Origin: Squalus acanthias
Taxonomy: Eukaryota
Direction of reading: 5' to 3'
NCBI GenBank assembly: GCA_030390025.1
Contig: JASTWF010000321.1
Location: 372,001 to 436,000, forward strand
Length of the DNA stretch: 64,000 nucleotides
Below are positions 48,634-60,139 of this stretch, piece after piece. The notes beneath the pieces were generated by a model. The model searched no databases. It was not told where the DNA came from and saw nothing but the letters and a program-made list of their open reading frames with translations. A program made the position numbers and the translations under genes. How positions within the stretch are numbered: position 1 is the first letter of the stretch; each line of letters begins with the position of its first letter.

Positions 48634-49515
48634 GGGGGAGGAATTTGGTATCGCCCTGTTTGGGGCGCAATTATTGGTCGGGCGCAAAGTTTAGTGCCTG
48701 CCGCTAATTATCGTCTCTGACTGCAAACTTGGCTTCTATCGCCCCTGGAGGTGATTGGAGCGCTAAATCAGGCGCTACACACCTCTCTTAAGGCGCAAAG
48801 GCCGAGGAGCGAGGCGCTAACTCAGAGCGCTGGCGAAGCTCATGTGATGTCAGTCAGCGATGGAACACAGATACACTGGCGCCGGCCAGTTCTTAAAGGG
48901 GAGGGTCGATCTTGCTTTCCATCCACACCCTGCTCATTGCAGCCTTGAATCTCGGCCTGGAGAGACCTGTACATCAAATCTGCTGGAAAAAACAATGGAG
49001 AGGCCCAGGGAAAGAACTCAGAGTGCAGCCCCCGAAGTCTCTTCTAAATCGATGCAACGAAGGTCAAATCAAAATGAACCTCCAAAGTGCTGCTCAGTAC
49101 CCAAAACTCCTTCATACAGCATTGAATCTCTCCAGAAGTCTCTCTCTCTCTCTCTTAGAATGCGTGGTGCAAAAATGTCGCCGACAAAAAAAGGCAGGAA
49201 GAGGCCGCCTTTAAATAGCGCTCCCCCAGTCCCTTCCCGACTGCAAAACTATCCCCTCAACCTGTCGTTGCTAGCAGCAGGCGGAAAGGCAGGGGGCGCC
49301 ACTCAATATCCGGTCCGGGCGCTACCGGGGCATTGCACGCTCGACTGACGTCATGATTTGCGTGCGCAGGAGATCGTGGCGGTAGTGTTTAGCACTGCCG
49401 CAAAATGTCTGGTCAATTTCGCGAGCGACACAAACATCGCCGCGCCCGGGCGCTAGTTGCTTTGCGCCCCATTAGCGTGATAACAGGAGGCGCAAAGCAA
49501 CTGAATTTTTCCCCC
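48634..49515. mobile_element. MITE-like non-autonomous DNA transposon with imperfect TIRs (probably Harbinger-derived)
   Basis: GGGGGAGGAATTT...AATTTTTCCCCC termini; CpG-rich; right end also present at 14633-15320. Confidence 0.65.
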
Positions 49516-49794
49516 ATATGCTTTGTTAACCACTCTCTCAATATATCCTGCCACTTTCAGGGACCTCTGCACATTAACTCCCAGGTCCCTTTATCCCTGC
49601 ACACTCTTTAAAACTGCACCATTAAGTGTATATTGCCTTTCCCTGTTCCCTCTGCCAAAATGCATCACCTCACACTTCTCTGCATTAAATTCCAGCTGCC
49701 ACTTGTCTGCCCATTCTTAACAATAACTTGACAATAACGTGTTAATAGCAAGCGGCAGCAGGGGGTGGGACACAACTGTGTCCACCTGATTGAC

Positions 49795-50000
49795 AATCAA
49801 ACGGGCCAATGAGAATCGGCAGGCAGTCTCCGGCAAGGTTCCGATACAGTGTTCCGGCCAATCAGGGTGTGGTGTGGGCGGGGCCTCGGGCCTGGGCCGC
49901 GCGCTGTGTTGCTGAGTGTCAGAAAGTGGGCGGGGCTGAGCTGCTGCAGTGGCCGCGGACAAGCAGAGAGTCGCTGCTCTTCACCATCGGCTCCAATCAC
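49795..50000 (+). promoter_or_regulatory. Candidate CpG-rich promoter with CCAAT and GC boxes
   Basis: GGCCAATGAG (49806), GGCCAATCAG (49858), GGGCGGGG (49876, 49928). Confidence 0.45.
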
Positions 50001-52114
50001 ACTCACTGCATCGCCCACTTCCTCACTGCTCCCCACCGCTTCCCCAAGTGGCAGCGGCTGTGCTGCAAAGAAACTGCAGCAGGATCAAATGGATCAGCAA
50101 TTGGAATGGGGGCCGTTGAGCGTTTTACCGGGGCTTTTGATCCCCAGTAAAAGTGATGTTACCCACAGCCCTTATACCAGGGAGTCCAACACACGGATCC
50201 GGCCCGGGGAACAGTTTAATCCGGTCCGCAGACTTCCCCTCAGAGGCGGACTGACTATCGGGATATTTTCCCCAGTGGCCCCTGAATTTGACATCATGGA
50301 GCCAGTTCAACCTCTCCCTGTGAGCCCTGCAATGGAAAGTGTGGAGGGAAGGAGCGCCCGACCCTGCTTCGGTGGAAATTTGAACGAGTGAAGGAAAGGG
50401 GTGGAGACCCGGAATAACCAGGTCCCACCCCAGATTCCTCCCCTGCCCGCCCAGATTGCGGGATTTTCTAATAAAGGAATTTCACAACAACAGGTCCGTG
50501 ATTGATCCATGAATTGTTGTCTGTTGGTCTCTGTCTATCCTGTGATTTCAGTAGTGAAATCCCATTGCCAGAGTTAGAAACACTCTTCAGAGTGGAGTTT
50601 GACAGATTCAAGTGTCAGGCTGCACGGGGATGTGAGCTGTCACCTGAAGAATATGGAGCCCACTCTCCAAGTGCTGCGACTCTCAATAAATTACTCTCTG
50701 TCTCTTCATTCTTTCTCATTCTTTACTTTTACACTTCAATATTTTGAAAGAATCATTTCACTGAAATGTGAAAAATTTATCTAATATGAAACTAGTGATT
50801 TGATCAGTGATCAGTTTTGTTTCTGAGTAAGAATCTAACATGAGACCAAGTGTTGTGATGCATCACCCTCTTTATTTCACAGTGAGAATACATTCCCAGC
50901 AGTTTGAAAAACAAAAGACAATCAAAGGCTAGAAGACAATGGCTTATTTACTCCACCAGAGAAGCTCTTCCTACAGTGCACAGCGTGCAGTCGACACAGT
51001 CTGTTTTAAAGTCCATTCCCATTATATTTCAGAGTACAGGAGACACAACAATTTAAACACGGAAGGACATTCTTCAAGGTGATGTGATGAAAGCCTCAAC
51101 ATTTTACAAATGGTGAACACACTGCGTCTTTTACACTTTAAACATTCCCGTGTAATTAAATGATTCAGTGTTGAACTAACTTGTGGTTAAAAATGCACAT
51201 TTTTTTATACATTCATGGGATGTGGGCTCTTTTCACATCACCTTTAAATGTTCTGGTCAGCATGACTGGGATAAGCATAAACATAATCCATCGCTGTCTG
51301 AAAATAGAACATCCTGGAACTATATCTGGCAGCAGAACCATCTCAATCTCAGTCTGTGCACGATTCATTTAAAGCAAGGTTACAGAAAAGGGAAATTACT
51401 GCGGTGATTAATCCCTGTTGCCTAAAGGAGGGCCGACCACCCGTGTACAACTGAGTTTAGCCCTGTGTATGTGCAGTATGGAGACTTTAAACAAATATCT
51501 GTGACTTGATGGCTCTTTTTTCAAAACCCCCAGATTTCTAACCAGAAATGGTTAAATGTGGAGCTTCCTATTACTGGCTGAGTAATTCTCCTTTATCCTT
51601 CAGTGTGGTTTCTCCGCACTTACACAACTGGTAGATCACCAAAGCTGCCCCTCAGAGGTGGTCGGTCAGCAATGAATCTGGGACATTGGCAAATAACTTG
51701 GAATTGAAGGGGGCACCTAATTATAAACAATATTAAAAGGAGCAACAGCAGCCAGGACTCCTCTGCCGGGGCAGTCCGATCTGCCAGGGCCGGAGCCGAA
51801 TGTCTGGTTAACGTGTGGGTGGAAGTCAACGTGGCTCCCCAACATATTTCATCTGGGGAATGACAAGGAGATCCACCCCCTGGTGAAAACCAGGGACTAT
51901 CTGCCACAGGACGATAAGAGGTGATACATTGAACTGGGCACCTGGAAAGAGCCGTTGTTTAGACTCATCGCACAAAACCAAATAATGTAAAATAAAAACC
52001 AGAAAATGGGAAAGAAAACCTCAGTGTTGGAGTTAACGGAGCTGAATAATTGTGAATGAAGAAGTTCCACCTCACAGTGCAGCAGTGTGGGTGGGAGACA
52101 AAAACTGTCAACTG

Positions 52115-52128
52115 CCAGTAGAGGGCAG
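52115..52128 (+). promoter_or_regulatory. Candidate CTCF site
   Basis: CCAGTAGAGGGCAG fits the consensus CCASYAGRKGGCRS, in non-repeat DNA. Confidence 0.4.
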
Positions 52129-52577
52129 TATTTATAAACAGGGTCACCATGCACAGAGCTCTGGAGATGGGGCCTGGGGGGAATCGTTCCAAATCCCAAC
52201 ACTGCCACATGCACAGGGTTAAATCCAATGTGTACCTAAGTGCCTTACGTTTAAGGCGCTATATAAATGCAAGTTGTTTTGTCATTGTACTAAGTGGGAG
52301 GCCCAAATTGAAGTTAAGAATAGAGTTAAGCACATCTCACTGTTTGAAAGCTGGAACAGAAGCTTTCAGAAATAAGTTCTGTTTCATTTCTTCAGAAAGC
52401 TAATTTGCATCATCCCATGTGTGTTATACCAACCGATGAAAAATACATTTTTGTCAAAGGTACGATTGTCTTGGTCCAAGTCCTTTATGAATTCATTGAG
52501 GAGGCTGCCATACTCTTGGTTATCTTGCGTGAAAGTCCTGCAAAACAAGACATTGAAAGGGAATAAAGAGACTTTAT

Positions 52578-55314
52578 GGCCTAGAAATTCGATAAGGCCT
52601 GGAAACGGGCGATGGCACCGCGGGACGAGATTTGCTCGCGCCCGTTTAAAAAGCACAGGCAGCATGTTATTTTGGTGCTGCCTGCTGATTTGAATGGTTT
52701 TAGCGCACAGCCCAGCCACGAACGCGCTGCTTCAGGATGTGCGCGCAGCAGGAAGCCCAACGTCACATCACTGTAGCGTCCCAGGAGCGAGGCTGCATTC
52801 TATTAAAGAAGGCTGTCATTTTAGAAAGCAGTCTCTACCCCCTTCAAGCTCAACAGGCCAGGGAAAGGGCACTCAGGGTCTCGCACACAGCATTCGAGCT
52901 TTGTGCAGGAGGTCAACAGCAGAAGAGAGGTTCTTGCACCAGGGACGCTACAGCGAGCCAAAGGGGACCAGGAGGCCCTCCAGAAAATAAGATGTGGGAC
53001 CAGATCACCGAGGCCCTCACTGTCAGCAGTGTTGCCCCCAGGACCTGGCTCCAGTGCCCAAAGAAGTTTCATGACCTCAGACCAGTGGTCAAGGTCAGTG
53101 AATGCATCTTCAAAAGCCATCTCCTACCAACTGCACCACTAGCCTCACACACTGCTCAGTGCACGATGCCCCCCCATCACTTACCTACCAACAATCTCAA
53201 CCAAACACGAGGCACACCTCACATGTCAGTTGGCATGCAGCGCCCACTTAACGTCACGTTCTGTGAACTTCAACCTTAGCGCTGAGTTTAGCGCTGGGTC
53301 CCAAGCTTGCTCTGAAAGTGAGTGTGCAGCAGACTGACAGAGATGCTGTCAGCACTTCTTAAAAGGGCGCACACATCTTTCAGATAAGTTTGCATTTAAG
53401 CTTCTGGACTGGATTTTTTAAAATTTTATTGAAGTCGTGGCTTGGTGCAATACATGCTAAAAGTTTTTAAGCGTGCAGGGAGTTCTGCTGGATGTTTACA
53501 AGGCCTCGGATGGTGAAGGAAGGTCTCTGAGAAGACAGAACATGCTGGAAATACTCAGCAGGTCAGGCAGCATCCAAGTTCACGTCTCAGGTCGAGATGC
53601 TGCCTGACCTGGTGAGTATTTCCAGCATTTTATGCTTTTATTTTAGATTTACAGCATGCGCTCACAGAAGGAAGAGGAAGACACAGAAGAGGAATACGCA
53701 GAAGAGGAGGAAGCAGAAGAGTAGGAAGGAGAAGGAAAGATGCATCCCAGACAGTCCCTTTCTGGCCGGGATATCCGGGTTGGAATCATCCGTTGCGGTA
53801 CCAGTGACCACAACCCCAATTCCCTTTTCAACATTTGTCCCACACCTTACCTTCCCTCCAACACAAAGCAAATTTTCCAATCCAACTTTATACATCTATC
53901 CATTCAATATGACATCAAGAAATCAACTCATCTTCTATTTGTGACTGTCTTGTGTGTGCCTTTGCCTATCCTACTGATGTCACGCCGTGCTACCCCAGTG
54001 GCTGCAGCATGGCTGGTGGAAGGCTGCTGACTTTCAGTGGGGGACACTGCAAATGGCCTTGCTGGTCGACCTTGAGGAGCTGGTGGCTGGGAGTGTGAAA
54101 TCGAGTGATGGTGTTTCTTCTTCTTCTTCTTCTTCACTCTCCTCTCCCTCTTCTTAGTCAACCACTGGCTGGGCAGGCAGCATTTTTTGGATGTGTGAAA
54201 TGAGGAAGGCACAAGGGTGGAGTTGTGGTGAGGGGAGGGCAGGAAAGCAAGAGGTGCATGCCAGAAGGAGGATAACGTATGAGGATACCAGCATCTTGTA
54301 TCCTTTCAGCCGCACCACCCCCCCCATCCCCCCCACCAACGCTGGCCAAGGGCTCAGCCATGCCCCTGCCAAGAATGGCCTGCGCCATCTCCTCCAAGGG
54401 GGTGAGGTGAAGCTAGGAATAGGAGGTGTGCCTCGTGTATGGTACAGATTGTTGGTAGGTGAATGATTGGCGGGGGGAGTCGTGCACTGAGCAGTGTGTG
54501 AGGCTAGTGGTGCAGTTGGTAGGAGACGGCTTTTGAAGACGCATTCACTGACCTTGGCTAGTGGTCTGAGGTCATGAAACTTCTTTTGGACACTGGAGCC
54601 AGGTGGTGGGGGGCGACACTGTTGGCAGTGACGACCTCGGTGATGTGGTCCCACATTCTTCTTTCTGGAGGGCCTCCTTGCCCCTGTGGGTAGAGGACCT
54701 CTCTTGCAGTATTGACCCCCTGCACAAAGCTGGAGTGCTGCATGTGAGACCCTGGGTGCCCCTTCCCTGGCCTGCTGAGCCATTTGTATTTTTTCCATTT
54801 TTCCTTAGGTGCGGAAGGCAATTTAGCTTTAGGAGCTGAAGACTCCCATTTGGGAACTCTTTTTAACATTAAATTTTTTCTTCAGAAGGCAGTTGAGCTC
54901 TAAGGGCTAAAAACGACCTATTTTTACATGATTTACTTGGGTTAGTCCATTAAAAGAAAGACTTTGTACAGTCCCACCAGTGACGTCGCATTGCCTCATT
55001 CATTGGCTCCTCAGAGTTTCATAGTAACTGTATTCTAATTCAGAAGTCCCTTTCAGGGTCCGAACTGCTTTTTGAAATGACAGCCTTGCTTTAAGAGAAG
55101 GTTGTACTTGCTGCAATGACACTATGGACATGCTAACTCCTGCTGGGACTAACGCCACCAGAACGGTGTTGCTCGATACATTTAACGCTGGGCTAATGTT
55201 AATTAGTCACTAGCGCCAATTTACCGGTCCTGCCAGCGCTATCATTTTCGGCAGCCGGTAACACCAGCCCACGCTGGCACCGGCAGGTTTTTACTGATAT
55301 CGGATTTTGAGGCC
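52578..55314. mobile_element. Decayed PIF/Harbinger-type element with Myb/SANT remnants
   Basis: Termini GGCCTAGAAATTC / GGATTTTGAGGCC; WDQITEALTVSSVAPRTWLQCPKKFHDL trihelix motif, present in both orientations; acidic ORF tail near 53665. Confidence 0.6.
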
Positions 55315-55826
55315 ATTGTATTTTGGGTGTGACACTGATCAAAGAAAGTAAAGTGTTTTTCCAAAAATACAGAATGTGGTGTATGTGAGAATGTCTGATA
55401 AACAGGAGCCAGCCCTATTATTGTTACAACAGGGGAGTCTAATACTAATGGGACATGCCAGCAGAGAAAAGCCCAACTACTTTAGTTACAAGGTGTCGAA
55501 TTCACATCCTGGGATCGCGTCCCGAGGAATTGTGGGTCTGCCATGTCCAGTGCTCGATCTGAACCTGAGTGATGTGAGTGTGGAGGTCCGGCCGTGGCCT
55601 CAGAGGAAGGGACTGAAGGTTGTGAGACACGAACCAACTCATTAGATGATTGATGTTGGCCAACGTCCCCACCTGACTGGTTGCAGTCTCACTACAGGTT
55701 GAGTGATGTTGGGAAGGCAGCCAATGTAAAGCAGTTTTCGTCACGATAAACCACCAACTCATCTCACCTGATGTAAAAAGAATGAGGCAGGTTAGCTTGG
55801 GGGCTGGGGGGAAGCACACTTGCTCC

Positions 55827-56438
55827 TATAAGAGCAGGGAGGTTATGATGGAGCTGTACAAAACGCTAGTTAGGCCACAGCTGGAATACTGTGTGCAGTT
55901 CTGGTCGCCACACTATAGGAAGGATGTGATTGCATTGGAGAGGGTGCAGAGGAGATTCACCAGGATGTTACCTGGGCTGGAGCGCTTCAGCTATGAAGAG
56001 AGACTGGACAGGCTGGGGTTGTTTTCCTCAGAGCAGAGAAGGCTGAGGGGGGACCTGATTGAGGTGTACAAAATTATGAGGGGCATAGATAGGGTAGATA
56101 GAAAGGAACTTTTCCCCTTAGTAGAGGGGTCAATAACCAGGGGGCATAGTTTCAAGGTAAGGGGCAGGAGGTTTAGAGGGGATTTGAGGAAAAACTTTTT
56201 CATCCAGAGGGTGGTTGGAATCTGGAACTCACTGCCTGAAAGGGTGGTAGAGGCAGGAACCCTCACAACATTCAAGAAGCATTTAGATGAGCACTTGAAA
56301 CGCCATAGCATACAAGGCTACGGACCAAGTGCTGGAAAATGGGAATAAAATAGACAGGGCTTGATGGCCGGCGCGGACACGATGGGCCGAAGGGCCTCTT
56401 TCTGTGCTGTATAACTCTATGACTCTATGACTATGACT
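55827..56438 (+). mobile_element. CR1 3' fragment
   Basis: LYKTLVRPQLEYCVQFWSP...FFIQRVVGIWNSLP; (CTATGACT)n tail. Confidence 0.9.
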
Positions 56439-58124
56439 CCTACTGGCCCACAAGCTGGAAAGGCACTTCCAGCCTGTTCCTGTTCCATGCAGCACCATCC
56501 CTTTAGCACCCGGGGAAACCCGGCCAGCCAGCGTTAAAGCTGGACGAGAGATAATATCTGAGGCACACATCCTCATTAAAATATTTAAATCAGCAACCTG
56601 CCTCCTGGGAGCGGGTTGGTTGCCCGTCCCCCGTCCCACCACCGTTAACACTGGAAGTGGGCGGGCTCGAGGCGGGTTTGACAATTTTTAAATTTTCACA
56701 TCCCACCCGAAACCCACCCGTTTTGCGGGGTTAGAATTACCCCCCAAAGATGCTGCCTGACCTGCTGAGTGTTACCAGCCTTTTCTGTTTTTATTTCTGA
56801 TTTCCAGCATCCGCAGTATTTGGCTTTTGACTCACTTGCTTACTTGATGTAGCACGGGAATACACAGCTAATAAACTGCCAACACCTGACAACCTATGTG
56901 CAAGATCCTTGATCAGAACCAAGTAAAATTGGTTCCACATCCCCAATGGCCTAGTGAGTCTATGCCGACTGGGACAGGCCCAGGCCCAGGCCCAATCCCC
57001 GTCTGTGCGGAGTTAGCTGGCGTCCAACTGGACAGCGGTAACAGGGCGACAGTACCTCTGGGATCGGAAATGGGAAATCAGCCAGGGTTCCCCGCTGCTG
57101 ATTGCTATCCGGCAAACTCTGCTGGAAGCGGACCTGTGTAGATGTTAGGAAAGGAGATGATTGGGCTCCGCCGTGATGCCCCTTGTGGTCAAATAGCCTA
57201 CCAACACTAACTGTCAAAGCTCACACACGATTAATGGGTAAGGTACCAGGGAGAGACCAGCTCTCAAAGAACTAAAGTCAATGCCTTTAAGAGGAGTGGG
57301 AAGAAAAAGAAAATTGTTCTAATTTTCATCCAGTAAAAATGAATGCACCAGAGGACTGACAGTTCCACACGGCTAATGCAACTTATATCTTTAAGAAACA
57401 AATTGTCTACTATTTAGCAGTTTTGATTTAATGAAATCTTTACCTTTTTTTAATAAATTGATGGTGTCCTGTATTTATTCTTAATTCTTCACACGGTCTA
57501 ATTCTAATCATTAACAATGCTTTTTTTCCCAGCTTTTTGAATTTGACAGGTCGCCCACCAGTTTCCCGCAGTGCCTAGACCTTGTCTTTGAAGCTGAGGC
57601 AGGAGGTCACTTGCCATTGAATCAGATGTTGAGTTGACAGCTTCAGATGTCAAGTCAAAGCTCCCCGCTGATTGAGAAATGTTCCCTTAACCACTAGTTT
57701 CTCTAAATTGCATTTCCATTACAGATTCACAACTCTCCATCCAGTCTGACCTCATTACCTCTCCCACCATTGACAGATCGCTTCTGTCATCTCTATTTCA
57801 CCTGCCATCTATTCCATCAGCATGGGTGTACTTTATATTGTCTCACCTTGGTCCTCAGAATCTGACCACGATCAGCCCCAACACCAGCATCACCAGACAC
57901 ACCAGCAGCACCAACAATCGCACCAACCTTCTCCGCAATCACCTGATGCTGCACAGGACAGAGGGCATCAGCACCCGACCACATTTCTGCCGGGACGCCA
58001 GGGATGGCCTCAACAGTGCCACATTTACTTCACTTGACGCTGCACACCCTGGCTGCCACATGATGTGCCAGGTTGGCACCATCCCACACCAACAACATAA
58101 TGCATCCCTACAATGCCCAAGCCA

Positions 58125-58905
58125 TAGAAAAGCAGAGTCTTTTTTGAATGGTGAGAGATTGGGAAATATTGGTATTCAGAGGGACCTGGGTGTCCTTGTA
58201 CATGAATCACTGAAAGTTAACATGCAGGTACAACAGCAAGCAATTAGGAAAGCAAATGGTATGTTGGCCTTTATTACAAGAGGATTTGAGAATAAGAGTA
58301 AAGACGTCTTACTGCAATTATATAGGGCCCTGGTGAGACCACACCTGGAGTATTGTGTACAGTTTTGGTCTCCTTACCTAAGGAAGGATATACTTGCCAT
58401 AGAGGGAGTGCAACGAAGGTTCACCAGACTGGTTCCTGGGATGGGGGATTGTCCTATGAGGACAGATTGAGTAGACTAGGCCTACATTCTCTAGAGTTTA
58501 GAAGACTGAGAGGTGATCTCATTGAAACATACAAAATTCTTACAGGGCTTGACAGGGTAGATGCAGGGAGGATGTTTCCTCTGGCTGGGGAGTTTAGAAC
58601 CAGGGGTCACAGTCTCAGAGTATGGTGTCGGCCATTTAGGACAGAGATGAGGAGAAATTTCTTCACTCAGAGGGTGGTGAATCTTTGGAATTCTCTACAC
58701 CAGAGGGTTGTGGAGGCTCAGTCGTTGAGTATATTCAAGACAGAGATCGATAGATGTTTGAATATTAAGGGAATCAAGGGATATGGGGATAGTGCAGGAA
58801 AGTGGAGATGAGGTAGAAGATCAGCCATGATCTTATTGAATGGCGGAGCAAGCTGAAAGGGCCGAATTGCTTACTCCTGCTCCTATTTCTGATGTTCTTA
58901 TGTTC
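58125..58905 (+). mobile_element. CR1 3' fragment
   Basis: QRDLGVLVH...LYRALVRPHLEYCVQFWSP...FFTQRVVNLWNSL, with one frameshift. Confidence 0.9.
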
Positions 58906-59600
58906 TTATTCCTATCACACTCATCACCATTGCGGGGGGTACCGTTATGTCTCACCATTCACTGCAACTCACTAAGCCACTTCCAAAGGTGCGCACAAAT
59001 CTGTCCAAGAACGCAAAGTGTTGAAAATAAAGATTTCAATGTTTGACGGCACATTAACAGAAACTTCACATGAACATTGGCTCAAACACACAAGTGCCTA
59101 CCCTTGTGTGTTGTTAGTTAGTATGATTGGACTAGGATGAGGGTGAGTGTGAGGGGTGGCTAGTGAGATGGGGATGTGATAATATAGATAGAGAGGGATG
59201 GGTGGAGTTGCAAGGTAAGTTGGTGTGCGTAAGGATGTGCAGGAGTTGGGTAGGGAAGGCAGAGTGATGGGGATGTAATGAGTGGCACAGCAGGATAAGG
59301 TTGAGTGTGGCTTTGCAGTAACGATTCGTGATCTACTGAGATCATTGAAAGGTTTGCGCCACTGCAGCCTGGTCCTCCTGATGATGCTCCTGCTTGTGTC
59401 CTCCTATGCAATGTGCAACCAGGCTGCGTTGGTGTCCTGGGGAGGTCTCTTCCGCCCATTGGAAGGGAAGAGGACTTCCTTGCGTGCTGTGACTCCCTCC
59501 ATAAGCATATGGAGGGAGTCATGGAAGAGCCTGGGTGCAGCCGTACACCTCTGTGCAGTGCTTGTCAGTGTTTGCAGCACTTCAATGCTGTAGAACACTG
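58905..59600 (-). mobile_element. Harbinger Myb/SANT-like ORF remnant
   Basis: AAPRLFHDSLHMLMEGVTARKEVLFP..GRKRP....AAWLHIA, followed by QWRKPFNDL. Confidence 0.6.
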
Positions 59601-60139
59601 AAAGCACAAATGTCAAAGTAAATGTTGTTATAAAACACATTTTGTTGTGCACTTGAGTAGTAACAAATTCAGTCTTCTGGTTATAATCATTTTATTCTTT
59701 AACTTCAGTATTAAAAGCAATTTACAACCTGAGTATTGTCACAGATAAGTGTGCGAACCTAGGCATGGGTCCTGTCTCGTACTGCTTAAACAAATGAAAA
59801 AGCTTATATTTATACACTGTTTTCTTATCAAACTGGAACTGGCATTGCCTAATATGGTAGTCTCTGGCTACAGCATAGTCCAGAGATACAAGGCTACATT
59901 TTCTTCAACATGCTGTGGTAAGCCTAACCCTTCTAGTTTCTAGACATTCTTACCATAAATAAACATATCCAAGGCTGGTTGGTTGCGAACACCAGCAGTT
60001 GCTAAGTGAAATCTGTATCTCTCTCTAACTCTATCTCTCTCTCTCTCTAATGATGCCATCCACCTTTTTTTCCTATATTCAATGAACTAAACATGAACAC
60101 CTTTCAGAAGCTGAATTAACCGAGTTCCATATGCCAACA

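Noticed and set aside
52446..52537. Possible minus-strand exon after a strong acceptor (ttgttttgcag|, TFTQDNQEYGSLLNEFIKDLDQDN)
   Set aside because: No recognisable homology and only a weak donor; cannot be supported without RNA data.
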